Position numbers and translations under genes: made by a program. A DNA stretch of 63,625 nt, filler included, from Collodictyon triciliatum (lineage: Eukaryota), in NCBI GenBank assembly GCA_043381765.1. It is 6 parts of 6 records of this genome, joined end to end, with 100 filler letters (N's around TTAATTAATTAA, not from the genome) between each part and the next. Parts side by side here need not be neighbours in the genome. Positions count along the whole stretch, not along the records: positions 43,912 to 55,717 come from JBHJMP010002309.1; positions 55,818 to 63,625 come from JBHJMP010002312.1; 4 more parts are not named here. One strand, given 5' to 3'. Shown piece by piece: positions 50,789-63,625 of the stretch (its first letter is position 1; every line of letters starts with the position of its first letter). Under the pieces are notes generated by a model. The model was not told the DNA's origin, did no database searches, and saw only the letters and a list, made by a program, of their open reading frames with translations.

Positions 50789-53109
50789 TCCTTCTTTTAT
50801 TATCTGTTTCTTTATTTCATATTTGCCCTCAAATAGGAATCCCAAAACCTAGAATATAGCCACTCTAGAAAGCTACTTTTTCGTTTTTTTCCTTTTTATT
50901 TTAGCACTTGATGTTGTTTTCCTTCTCTTTCAATATAACATTCCGCCAGCAAACACCGAAAGACCAACTCATAGGAACATGTTTCTCCTAATCACTCCTG
51001 CATTTTTTTTTTACAGAGATAACCGAGCAAGCCTCAATATATATTTTATTAAAACAGGAGAGGAAGATCGTCATCTAGTTCCCGCTCCCCTTCTAAGACG
51101 AGAACTCGCCAACGTTCAAAGCGAAGTCCGAGCTCCAGTTCAAGCTCGCGGTCCAGCTCCAGTTCTAGCTCGAGGTCGAGTTCCAGGTAAGACTAGCTCT
51201 TCGCGGCACATACTTTGAAGCCAACAAAGCACTATCTGCACTGCATGAAAAGAACATTGCTGCACTTCTCGCAATTGAAGAAATCCCCAGATGATTGCTC
51301 CAAAATCTTTGAAACCTTCATTGTTTCTCCCTGTATTGAAATTGATCAAACAAATATTTATGGGGGTTGTTCATATGAGACATCTACTTCCATGACAAAG
51401 ACTCTGTCTGGGCTTTTTTTTAACTTTGCTGAACCACTAACTATTACGACTACATTCCAGCTCCAGAAGCAGCCCCACTCGAGACAGAAGGTATTGTCGA
51501 ATATTCAACTGATTAATTTATATCGAACATCATCACCATCACCATCGCCATCACCATCACCATCACCAAACACAGACGTCGAAGCCCGTCCCCTGTCAAG
51601 AAGCTCACAATATCAGAGCTTTCTCGTAATGTAACCGCAGCCCACTTGAAGGAAATATTCTCAGTCTTCGGAAGTATCAAGGAAGTCATTCGGCCAGTTG
51701 ATACTCGAGTTCAGTTGCCGCTGAATTATGCCTATGTAGAATACAATAGTCGAACAGATGCTGAAAAGGCAGAAAAAGCGATGAACGAGGTTTACTCTGG
51801 TTTTTTTTTATTTGTTTATGATTTTTTCAATACCTTACGATTTATCTGATCAAATCATGTAAATTATTTTCAATCACATTTTTTTTTCATGAGAAGTTGG
51901 AAATATTACATACTATTCACCCACAAACTTTAATTTTTGAAAAAAAAGGGACAAATTGATGGATGCATAGTTAAAGTTCAGTTTGTACTGAAGCCCCAAG
52001 AACCAGTTGCCAGACGTGAGGACTTCTTTATCTATTGCTCGCAACTCTGTTATCTAGTCAAAATGTCACCCTCCCTCCAATACAAATCCAGATACCTTCT
52101 AGCCTTTTCCTTTTATCAAATTAACTTATCGTGATGATAAGGAACGAAAATACCAGCCTTACCGATATCGGGCATCGCTATTTATACCCTATTTACCTTG
52201 CACAGCCTTGCCACCGAGCCAACCATGCAAACATACTTACGTATAAAACTGAGCCAGGTGCCAGCCCTCGACGTCGCCAACGAAGCCCATCGCCACGCAG
52301 GTCAAGTCGTGGACAACGTAGCATGTAAAGTCTAGAGCTTATTTACTCATTGTATGAAAAAAAAAATTAATAATTGAAATATCCTAACCGCTGACTGCAT
52401 CGTTCTGTTTTGCCTTGTATACGAGCCTCTATTTACCCTCTTTGGGCGACCATTACTGTTATACTTCTACACAAGAGACTGCTGACTCTTTTCTCATTTT
52501 TTCAATTATATCTAAATGAGCCGAAATCATGTATATCTTCACAGTGAAAGACGCCGTTCTCCAGTCAGACGCCGTTCACCAGTTCGACGCCGTTCTCCAG
52601 TTCGTCGTCGCTCTCCCATTCGCCGGCGCTCACCTGTCCGCCGCCGGTAAGTCAAACAAGGACAAACAGATTTATGAATGACTCTGGCCTAAAAAAACGA
52701 AACACTAAAAGCTCGTCTTTATGAAGCTCCATCATTTGTATAATCATGTATTGTAATGAGAGGATCTATTAAATCTATGAGTAAGAAAACAATGGCAATA
52801 CTGCGTGTGACAACTTTCTGACCACCGCAGGAGCCGCAGCCCAAAACGTGACTCACGTCGCAGCCGAAGGTGACTCCTACTGTTCTCTGGTCCCCACACA
52901 TTCGTCATTTCCAGTCACAAAGCGTTTATATCCTGCTTCATTTTGAGAATATTCCAAGATGACCAAATCGCTGCAGAATCCATGACTCACACTGCCTCAT
53001 AAACAGCCCCGCCCGCCGACGCGCTGCATCTTCGTCCTCGTCTTCATCCTCTTCATCGTCGTCGTCCTCCTCAAGCTCGTCCTCGCCGTCCCGCTCTCCC
53101 GCTGGGTGA
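50675..53109 (+). CDS. RNPS1: RNPS1/SR45-like RRM and RS-rich splicing/EJC factor
   Basis: ATGCC|gtaagt first exon; Ser-rich N-terminus; RRM LSRNVTAAHLKEIFSVFG..YAYVEY..AEKAEKAMNEGQIDG; RRRSP repeats. Confidence 0.9.
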
Positions 53110-53933
53110 GTCAGCACGCCACACATACCACACATCTCGTGCTTGTGTTACACTTTGATTCGTTACAGTGGAAAATAATAAAATTAAAATTAAATAAATA
53201 GAAGCAAAATGAATATAGATAGGAAAGCCCCATCTTGACAGATTCGAAATTACCCAATCATATAGCGGGAAGAGCGATGCCAAGTAAAGGAAAAGCCGAC
53301 CCCCAAAGCAAACAGCCCAGCAGCCACATCGCATTATGCGCTCCATTTCTCTGGCTCGTTCAGACATGACAGGCAAGTGCATCGGAAAGAAAACATCTTG
53401 TGCGNNNNNNNNNNNNNNNNNNNNNNNNNNNNNNNNNNNNNNNNNNNNNNNNNNNNNNNNNNNNNNNNNNNNNNNNNNNNNNNNNNNNNNNNNNNNNNNN
53501 NNNNNNNNNNNNNNNNNNNNNNNNNNNNNNNNNNNNNNNNNNNNNNNNNNNNNNNNNNNNNNNNNNNNNNNNNNNNNNNNNNNNNNNNNNNNNNNNNNNN
53601 NNNNNNNNNNNNNNNNNNNNNNNNNNNNNNNNNNNNNNNNNNNNNNNNNNNNNNNNNNNNNNNNNNNNNNNNNNNNNNNNNNNNNNNNNNNNNNNNNNNN
53701 NNNNNNNNNNNNNNNNNNNNNNNNNNNNNNNNNNNNNNNNNNNNNNNNNNNNNNNNNNNNNNNNNNNNNNNNNNNNNNNNNNNNNNNNNNNNNNNNNNNN
53801 NNNNNNNNNNNNNNNNNNNNNNNNNNNNNNNNNNNNNNNNNNNNNNNNNNNNNNNNNNNNNNNNNNNNNNNNNNNNNNNNNNNNNNNNNNNNNNNNNNNN
53901 NNNNNNNNNNNNNNNNNNNNNNNNNNNNNNNNN

Positions 53934-55058
53934 GGCAGCAAAAGATGGATGAACAAAAAGTCAAACTAGAAATATTGAACCAACAAGTGGCTGAGAAAAA
54001 CAAGGTAATTCACAGAACGTAATATACCCAGCTGCAGAGAAATATATTTTCACCTAGTCTCGTCTGACATTCGAACCAGGAATTTGATTTGATGGTGCAA
54101 GACTATGACACGCGAATCGAGGAAGTGCGAGTGCAGCTAGACCACCAAACGAAGGTTGAATGAGACTTTAAGTATAATACTTACACACCTATCTCGACAG
54201 GCGGACTTACCAACACATACCGCACAGGAACGAGAACGCCTTGAGGCTGAGGTTGCTGAGCGGTCTGATTCCTATGACGTTCAAATGGAAAAATACAAAA
54301 TGGAAATAAGGTTGATTGAACATTTTGATTCTGACTCAGATTAATACAAAGAAATGAAATTTGGATATATAAAAGCCCTTTCACACTCATACTACTTTTT
54401 TTTACTATGCCAAATCTTATGGCCTTTTTTTTTCAATATTCTTGGACAGGTCTTTAGAGGAACAGCTGGAGAGCATTCGGCAAGAAACAGCCTCTATGAA
54501 GCAACAAGCCTCCGAAAAACAACAAATACTGGCGGATTTGAAGCAAGGAAAGGTATCAATTCAGTGTGAAAAGTAACATATGGGCATCCTTGCTCTTGTT
54601 TCTCTTTTAAAGCCCAGCACTTATTGAACCAGGGGAATAGAAGCTCAGACCCGAGGCAAGGAAAAGCACCTGCAAAGCGTATGTCTCCATCCATACATCC
54701 ATACATCCATACATCCAAGAATCGAATAAAGGAAAAAAAATACATCCATACATCCATACATCCATACATCCATACATCCATACATCCATACATCCATACA
54801 TCCATACATACATACATCCATACATCCATACATACATCCATCCATACATACATCCATCCATCCATCCATCCATCCATACATACATACATACATACATACA
54901 TACATACATACATACATACATACATACATACATACATACATACATACATACATACATACATACATACACATATATTATGCGCAGCTACCACCGTGGGTTC
55001 TTCAAAGCCAACCCGCCCAGCAAGCCGCTCTGGAGCCAGCGCTCTTGGAAATGCATGA
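53934..55058 (+). CDS. Coiled-coil protein, 3' exons after a gap
   Basis: In-phase E/Q/K-rich exons (QQKMDEQKVKLE.., EFDLMVQDYDTRIEE.., ERERLEAEVAE.., SLEEQLESIRQE..). Confidence 0.6.
54689..54968. repeat. (CATA)/(CATC) compound microsatellite, interrupted by copy 5 of the short A-tailed repeat at about 54719-54741
   Basis: GAATCGAATAAAGGAAAAAAAAT embedded in the CATACATC array. Confidence 0.85.
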
Positions 55059-55626
55059 CCTCTAGGTGTAGACACAATCAACGCACTCAACTACTGAATA
55101 AAACAACCACGGAACAAAAACACAAAAACAAACATAAACAATGTGGGGTATCATCTACGCAGTACATGGGTGATAGAGCCACATAAAATACACACACATA
55201 CACTTCAATAAATCACTCGAATTGATTCAAATAACACAATATAATCTCATACGGAGCAGTTATAAAAAGAAAAAAAAAGAAAGGAAAAGGTACTGGGAGC
55301 AGGCACTTTACCGTCCCCACACCCGCTCCAATACTTCAGTCCCCGCCAGCAGTTCGTGCCCAAAGACACTATAAACACAGGCGATGGCTCCACGAAGCAG
55401 CCGCCACCAAACACAACGCCGACCCGGCGGGAATCGCAACCCTCGTGCATCCACAACCGCACAACAAAATGACACTTCAGCTTCGACCTCAGAGCGCGTG
55501 AGTCCCCCTACTTCCTTATTGCTTACTTACTTCTAAAGAACTCTTCCTTTCACACTATATGTGTGAGTTATATTGTGGATATAGTCGGCTACAGAATCAG
55601 TACGGAAAGCAGATGGTGAAGGAAGA

Positions 55627-55717
<91 letters not shown>

Positions 55718-55817
55718 NNNNNNNNNNNNNNNNNNNNNNNNNNNNNNNNNNNNNNNNNNNNTTAATTAATTAANNNNNNNNNNNNNNNNNNNNNNNNNNN
55801 NNNNNNNNNNNNNNNNN
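55718..55817. other. Artificial contig linker
   Basis: N-run, TTAATTAATTAA, N-run. Confidence 0.95.
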
Positions 55818-55981
55818 GTGAGTGAGTGAGTGAGTGAGTGAGTGAGTGAGTGAGTGAGTGAGTGAGTGAGTGAGTGAGTGAGTGAGTGAGTGAGTGAGTG
55901 AGAGAGAGAGAGTGAGAGAGTGAGAGATTGGGGATTAAAAGCGAGGAGGGCCTCTCCTTCATGCTGGATCTTGCCTCTTCC

Positions 55982-56881
55982 TTATAAGTTTGCGGAGGAT
56001 TTCGCCGGTAAACCCTTGATAGTACGGGTAACAAAGAAGAGAGACGCACTCAGGATAAGGACTGCAACGCCCAATGGCAAACCAATTCCGAGTCCAACAG
56101 CGAGCGTAGTGTCGTCGCAATCATCGTCTTCCTTCACGACATGCATCGAGGAATCAGAGATCATCGACCCGCAGTAGGCCCTGGCGTACAGTCCTTTCCA
56201 GGCAGAGGCAGGATCAGGGACTGGAACACACTGAGAAGAGATGGTCCACACGTAATCTCCACCCAGGTTAACATTTCCAGGGCAGTAGTTGCCACTAGTT
56301 AAATCATTGTGTACACTCAATGAATTGCCTTCGCACACATAGAGATACCTCCATGTGAGACCAGGTGCTTTGACACAACGGAGATTCTGGTTGTTTGAGA
56401 GAGGGATAATCTCGCGATAAACAACATTGTTACATGTGTTCGTATCAAACAGCTGCAGATCAGCGTAGATGGAGGTTCGGTCCCACGGGTCCATCTCTGC
56501 GACACAATCGTACTTCACATACATGCGAGAGGGGGCATAGTCCGATGTGTTCTCGAGTGTGCATGCGCGATAAGGACGGCTCCCAGAGCATGTGGCGCAC
56601 TGAGGTCCATCAGGGTTCACTGGGCAGTAGGTCGCATTCATGCCGCTTAGGTCGTCAAAACAGTGTCGCTGGATGGACCCACCGGTCGTTGTTCGGGGAG
56701 TCACGGCTAGTTGCAGACAGGAATCGCGTGAGAAGTATATGACCTGGAGGAGAGTATCCTCTTTGGTGCAGGTAGGGTCATCCAGGTACTTCGTAAGCTT
56801 TGCATACGGGCCGATGCATAACACTCCGCCGTTCATGAGGGCAGCAGCGAAGAAGGCAGTGATGAAGAAGTAGTTGGCCAT
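55982..56881 (-). CDS. Cys-rich type I membrane (surface) protein, intronless CDS
   Basis: 299-aa ORF with hydrophobic N-terminus, many Cys, TM segment LAVGLGIGLPLGVAVLILSASLFFV and a short basic tail. Confidence 0.8.
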   Translation of the reverse strand: MANYFFITAFFAAALMNGGVLCIGPYAKLTKYLDDPTCTKEDTLLQVIYFSRDSCLQLAVTPRTTTGGSIQRHCFDDLSGMNATYCPVNPDGPQCATCSGSRPYRACTLENTSDYAPSRMYVKYDCVAEMDPWDRTSIYADLQLFDTNTCNNVVYREIIPLSNNQNLRCVKAPGLTWRYLYVCEGNSLSVHNDLTSGNYCPGNVNLGGDYVWTISSQCVPVPDPASAWKGLYARAYCGSMISDSSMHVVKEDDDCDDTTLAVGLGIGLPLGVAVLILSASLFFVTRTIKGLPAKSSANL

Positions 56882-57614
56882 GTCTCTTGGTCTACATAGG
56901 TTATAAATAAGTTGAATAAAAAATGGCTTCAGTCAGTAAATTCGATTCATGTATATCACCCGATGAAAACCCCTGTGTCAGACGACGTTTTCATGATTAT
57001 TATTCTTCTTGCTATTTTCCTGGACAATCGAATGTTCCATTCCGTTGAGGCTGGCACTTTGTTGGGTTATTGATTTCACGATGGATTCAGATCATGGCGT
57101 GATGCTAGAGCTACATGTCACAAGTTGTCTGTGGACAGATTATCACATCAAAATCAAAGTTGCACCTGTCTCGACAACGGCGTTTTTATATCATCCCTAA
57201 GCACAATAGAATGTTCCACCACAGCAAAAGCCTCTTTTTATTCTGGACGAAATTTTGTGGCTGGCTTGTGTTTGAATTAGCCAAGGGGCGAATGTCGCTC
57301 GAGATACGAGAGGATATTTGGGCGGCCCATAAGGCAACATCTATTTTATTTTATTTTTCATTTATAATGTAGGTTGTTGTGGAATGCCCTAATTCCACAA
57401 AGATAGGCAGGCCTCTAAACCATTTTAAAAAAATGCTGCGAAAATCATTTGGTTTTTATTCATCATGGTTTTGCGTCTTCGAGGGGGCGTTGGTTCCACC
57501 ACTGGCCAGGCTGTCGTGAATAAATAGAAAAGGAAAAATATACAGCCCCCGGAACGAGCCCTTTTCGAAATGACAAATGAAGACAAGGAGAATGTCTCAT
57601 ATTGACCACGAATA

Positions 57615-57711
<97 letters not shown>

Positions 57712-58797
57712 TAATTTATCACAACTTACATCAAGTGTAGGAAACTAGAGAAGATTCGTACTTTTACACTCCATGCACACGACATTGTATTTCTACAAGC
57801 GTTGAGACCCTGAGCACACCATCTGATTGATTTTGTGAAAGCGAACATCGGCCCATCCACACGTCGGATATCAAATGAAATTACCTCAAGAACTTTCCTT
57901 CACTGATATTCTTCTGCTTTGTATCCTACACCTTCTTCATGAAGGAATTGGATGAAGATTGTTTGTGATGAATAATTTGGCTTCGCCAGTCGGATATAAA
58001 AAAAAAATTGATTACCACAACACACAAAAGTCGATAAGCACACCCAAATGACCAGACCAAATAGTTTCTGTATAAAAGTCAAACCAGGCATTTAGCTGGC
58101 TGGATTCATTCACCTGAGCGATTAATCGCCGCTGGAAAATCAATAGCAAATCAGATATGCATCTCAGAGGGGGGTTTTCTTTATTCTACTAGAGTTTTTC
58201 TTGGTAATGCGCGCATTCATTGATTGCGATGCGAAAGATGAAGTAAATACTGCCGCATAATAATTCCTGAAGTATAGAAAACCTTACAAAAGATAAAAAA
58301 AAAAATTAGATGAGGAAGATGGAATTAAAAAAAAAAAGAAGAAAAAAGAAAGCGAGCAAATCGGTGTGCGGGGAAAAATCGCCATTTAATTTGGAAGCAA
58401 CTACGACATATGCGCCAAAAGATATCACTTGAAAAGGGAAATTTAGAGTTTGCATGACAATATTAGTTGTAATACCGATTAAAAAAAAATAATACGGACA
58501 CGTAATCAGTTTTACATCAGGCCATCACAGTTTGAAAGTCGAAGTAGCCGTTGTTGCAGGGTGCAGCAGAAGACCAGCTCCAAATCAAACGCCAAAAAAC
58601 TGAGAAAAAAAACAAGGCTGCAAAGCCAACAGATTGCCCAAGGGTCTAGATTTAGTGTCTTTATTTAATCTATAGACTCCTTTGAAGCTCCAAGATGTAT
58701 CCCTTGAATAGGTCGCAAGCATTCTTCCACGCGGAAAGCCGGTATCGTTATACTCAACCTTTTATTACCTACCTGCATAATCATTAACTCGTCTGCC

Positions 58798-59992
58798 ATG
58801 AAAGAATATCTCACCATCGCCGTTAATGACTCCGCAGAGAGCAGCAAAGAACTGAAGAGAGAGTAATCAAGAGGAGAAGGAGAAGAGGGAGTTCCTGTGC
58901 CACATTATTTCCTATCTGCGAGCTTGGTAAATGTTGCACAAACTACCTCAGGTGGTGCGCAAAAGGATGTGCCATGCGACACACTTGCAGACGCCCGTTC
59001 GACCCAAAGATGAAGGAGCTGAGCCAAATCCTATGCACTTGTGGAATCAACAGCCCTGTGCAAGATACTGAAAGTAACACACCTGCGAATGCATTCTATA
59101 ACCCAAGCAAGATGTATCACTCAGCGAGTACCACACCAATGCCTCCATCACTTCCTGGCACTGAGTTCGACAGGGTGAGCGAGATGCATAGCCTCCCGCA
59201 AGACCGACTTTCAGAAAATCAACTGGAGTCACAGTTGAATTGTGTCCGCAAATATGCAGATATTTCTCCCATTGATGAGGAATCGATGTTTTACTCTTCA
59301 TCCAATGGATGCAGCGACAGCGGCTTCCATCCATACCCGACCAATGAAGAAGGTTGTCATGTTTTTTTGTTTTTTGTTTTTTGTTTTTTGTTTTTTGTTT
59401 TTTGTTTTTTGTTTTTTGTTTTTTGTTTTTTGTTTTTTGTTTTTTGTTTTTCATTCAGAATTATTTTTCACTCGAATTCCGTAAACTTACCCTCATCCTA
59501 GGTTTCGAGAATATGGGTGAGAGGTTTTTTGAATGCCCTTTCTGTTGTCATACAATCCACCACAAGTGCGACCACATCTTCAATGAACCATCGAACCGAG
59601 ACACGCCCGGCACCTCTGACTCTACGGCAAAATCCTACAGCAGCAATGAGGTATCATCTTCACAAGGCTCATGCCCGTCCACCGTCTTTGCCCCCACAAA
59701 TTCTGCAGACGAGCTGCTGGACCCTTATCTGGGCTCTCACTTGGGCTCAGTCTTTGACACCGAGAACATCCCAGCCAGCACCCACCCACAGGGTCAAGTC
59801 CATTCCCTCCTAGGTTCAGGACATAACGGAGGCTATGCTGAGGCAAGACAGACAGAGCCCGTGGGATACGCAAGTGTGCTGCAGTATCCTGATGACTGGA
59901 TGAGTTCGGCAGAGGACCCATTCAACCTACTGGGGTTTCCTGGGAATGATGGTAGCTATGGTTGGGGAAACGATTTCTTCTCCACGATGTGA
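58798..59992 (+). CDS. Hypothetical protein with Cys/His clusters and an acidic low-complexity tail; 5' end uncertain
   Basis: Exons at about 58798-58862, 58951-59352, 59502-59992 join in phase; WCAKGCAMRHTC and CPFCCHTIHHKCDH. Confidence 0.5.
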
Positions 59993-60579
59993 GACCCTTG
60001 AGGCCACAAAGAATCATTCTGAACCCGTCTCGCTCGTTTGCTGATTCTAAGTATTGATTGCAACAATCAGTGCAACCCATAAACTCACAATTATTGAAGC
60101 CCGCCGTATGCTTGCTGTAAGGAAATGATGCCCGGGCGGATGGACATAGACGGAATCAGGTATTGAAACCAGGGTAACAGGTTAATGGCCCACAAACTAA
60201 TTCTCGGCTCAAGCATTATTTCACTTATTTATTTTCTTTTCATTATACTGTAGTGAAAGCGTAATAAACTAATGGATGTATTTTAAAACTGCTGACCGAA
60301 CAAACAGGCAGCGCCACCAAGTTTCATAGATGTTTCTTTGTTTGTTTCTTTGTTTGTTTCTTTGTTTGTTTCTTTGTTTTTGAGAAAAAGAGCTCAAATT
60401 AAAAAAAAATACCAGCTCGATGGAAAATTATACAGGTCAAATCCACATGGCAGACCCAACCTGCATCGCTGTTTCACTTTCTGTTTCCCTTTGTATATCA
60501 TTTGGGAGCGAAAAACTTGTGTTGCGTTCGACCGTTATCTGGCTGGGTCATGAGACATTGGCTTTATTGGGTCCTGCTT

Positions 60580-63470
60580 TTAAGCAAATCTCACGATAAA
60601 AGTCTTGATTTCGCTTGGGTTGAGAAGGACCGAAGCACCAACAAGAGTCGTCTGCTTTGGGGCCATTATAGAGCATCGATTAGTGCAATGCCCGCCATGT
60701 TCTCAGTTGCTCATGCATGAAAGCTGTGTGATATTGCTTTCATAGTTTAAATACCTCATCCTTCTCGACGACGATGGACCCTGTATTCCAAGCGAGGCGC
60801 GTACACATGCTTATGTCTGATGCATATAGAAAAACACGTAGGGATTTTAAATACATTTCATTTGCTTATGGCATCCAAATATTTAATCGTAAAACACATA
60901 TAAACCGCTACATTCCATAAAGAAATTCGTTTATTGGCACAAATGCATTTTTGTTTGTATTTTTGTGGTAGAATAAAAAAATAAAAAAAATACTAAGCAG
61001 TAATAAGCAATAATGTATATTAATTGTGGGTATGCTACGGCAACTAGAAAGGCACGTTTTTCTGGTGGGATAGATGAAAACATACCATGAGCGGCTGTCA
61101 AGGTGACTTCCCTAATTTCGGTCAACCGATGCGGAGCAAACAGAGCAGAAAGATCCACAGTCGTTGAGGCGGACCAAATCGGATGGTCATCCACTTGATA
61201 CAAATGCTGCAAGCGGACAACATGCGAGCCAAGTCTCACGTCATGGGGAGCCAAAGAGAGGAGATGAACGTTCTGAGGAAGAGCGGCACTTGTAAACGAC
61301 TTGCTCATGACGTATTGGGAAGCAAAGCGGTTGATGTCTGCAGTCATGGTAAAGACTGCACGAAGTGGGTTGCGATGGGTAAGGCTGTGATAGCGGCGGG
61401 ACACTTGGCTTTCGACCGGACTGGCCGAGTAAATAGGTTAGCTTTTTCTCGCAAAGAAAACAAGAATAGCGTGGTTGTTATCCAAGGTGCTAGTGTGTAT
61501 CTTCATGATATTAGAAGGTGATGAATTGTTACTTGTCAAAGAATACGCGGAAAATGTCGTCAACGATGCTTTGGTCATCCATGGGCTCCACAAGTCCTTG
61601 ATATAGTGGTCAAAATGAAGAGAAAGGTTGTCTTTCATTTCATCTGTAATTAAGTATTTTATGTGCAGAATATGGCCATCGGCATCGTATCTGTGAATAA
61701 GCATCCAAACCACGCCCATCGTCTTGAAGGGTTCTACGGTGAAGCATGACCTCCATGGCCCCGTCTGCTAGGCTAGCTGTTCCATGGGAGCTTTTCACAA
61801 CAACCTAGTTAAGAAGGTGATCGTATGAGTAATTAAATTCAAAATTCTGCTCTTTTGTTATAAAAAAACGATGGCGAGCCAATGAGGAATTATGAAGGGA
61901 AAGGAGGAGAAAAAATAGGGAACATTATGTCTTGGCAGCTCACATTGAACTGGAATTCGCTATTTTTAATAAACGCAGAGGCAACCAACGGATAGTAGTT
62001 TCCTTGGAGGGGTTTATCACTGCGGTATGGTCGTGGAATAACCTCGAAATTGCTGACGGTGATAAGCAAATAATATCATGTACAGATCATATATATATAC
62101 TCTTTCTATAAGGTTATAAATGCTACATCCACTTATTTATCAAACAATAAATTATATTGCAAAAACAGAGAGTACTTGTCATCAGTGTAAAGAGTGGCGC
62201 CTGTAATGTCAGTGACAAATCTATGGTATTGGGTAAATTTTGGACTCGCGCCTTATCATATCACACATGCTCTGACACATATTTGGACCGAGTTTTCATG
62301 AATATAACGCTTACCTGCTAATGACTTCAGTGTTTCCTTCTATCGGCCCATAGACAAACCTCATCTATTTATTTGGTTAGCTGTTTACTTCTGTGTTCGG
62401 TTGAGTGTTTATTTCTATTCTGATTTTAAAAAATGTCATATTATATCTTCCATGTATTTGATACGATAGAAACGGGCCACCATGTAATTATTGTATTTAA
62501 AATCCTTCAAATTATGTCACTTTTTTTGAAAACTTTTTTAAAAAAAACCTCAATCATGTTGTTGATCTTCGAATCACCATTTCCGTTGTGAAGACGCACA
62601 TATTGCCTGGCATATGAGTTAATTGTCTGGACGAAGAGTGATTGATTGTGAGAAATATTTCATACGGCGCGCGTGTGCACCGATTATTAAGCATGATGAT
62701 GTACCCGCGTCACTCATGTATGCCGTATAGATGCGTGGGTATACCTGCTCTACTTCTTGGACAAGATTCCCACGAATAAACTTGAGTGAAGCGGGGCTAT
62801 TGGATATACTTGAAGCAACACCGGATGGACGGAAAAGGTATGCACCACCAGTTGTCGTGCGATAAAGCATAGGCTTGTCAAGACGAAAAAGGTTTATGTT
62901 TCAAAAAAAAAAAAAAAAGAAGGGGGGTGGGGGGCATAGTTATGCAAAAGGACTTGTTTTTTTAAAATAATTGATTTAATAATAGCATATTTTCAGCAAC
63001 GAAAATACAGACAGCTTACGATTTGCTGAAGCTTAATCATCTTTCCTGTGGCTTTAACAAAGACAGACTCCAAAAGACCAGTGGTATTAGAAAATTGCAG
63101 CGAGATGGCGTCATTCTCAATAGATAGTGTCTCATAGTCAACTGGCTTCGACTCATGGGCTTAATTTTGAAAATATTTCACATAGAGGTTGAAAACGAAT
63201 CAATGTCGTCGTATTTCAAAATAAATATTTTTTTGGTTTCTTTTCAACAGTTTATTGAGAGAAAACAAAGCCGTCGTATTTCAAAAGAAATATAATAAAA
63301 AGATAGGAAATAAGACTAACTTATATGTAATATAGACATTTTGAAACTCGGAAGTGTATCTTTAAATAATCTAATGGAATAGAGATACGGTTCATGAATA
63401 CTCACAACGCTTCGTAGGCTCGTCATCCACAACAAAGTCTGATGGTCGGGCATTTGGTGCTGTAATAGGG
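60580..63470 (-). CDS. GH38 lysosomal-type alpha-mannosidase, C-terminal part (5' truncated)
   Basis: GAYLFRP, GNLVQEVEQ, LYTDDN, LQGNYYP, SLADGAMEVMLHRRTLQDDGRGLVEP, LPQNVHLLSL, VVRLQHLY, LNPSEIKTF; TAA at 60580-60582. Confidence 0.92.
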
Positions 63471-63625
63471 GCCATTATTTTACGCATGAATATCAATCGA
63501 TTAAAAAAGTGAGAGCGGTTGCAATCGATGGTGCAAAAAAAAAAAAAAAAAAACAAAATTTAAATTTGGGGGCTTTTTTTATTTTCCTATAAAAAAACGA
63601 TATTAATCACCAAACAAATAAAAAA

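Overview
Intron-rich, AT-rich nuclear DNA from an unidentified microbial eukaryote. It is probably flagellated (CFAP45 present), and the eRF1 motifs and the use of TAA, TAG and TGA as stops indicate the standard code. The window is not one locus: about six contigs are joined by artificial N-TTAATTAATTAA-N linkers. Genes rebuilt by eye from GT-AG exons are an MLKL-like helical-bundle/pseudokinase/Sel1-repeat gene, an NHL-repeat protein, CTU1, RidA, the start of Rpn7, an M28 PA-domain aminopeptidase, an FLVCR-type MFS transporter, the 3' part of PFKFB, CFAP45, eRF1, a soluble adenylate cyclase-like gene, a CaaX-ended ubiquitin-like protein, RNPS1/SR45, a Cys-rich type I membrane protein and a GH38 alpha-mannosidase. 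The four most notable observations: (1) the MLKL-like pseudokinase fused to Sel1 repeats; (2) an eRF1 3' UTR with the layout of a readthrough/NMD autoregulatory switch; (3) a decayed Fanzor whose downstream omegaRNA-like multi-stem structure looks preserved; (4) a dispersed 25-45 bp A-tailed repeat with target-site duplications, five copies in four contigs. Exon boundaries and family assignments are manual, from recalled family motifs, and were not checked computationally.
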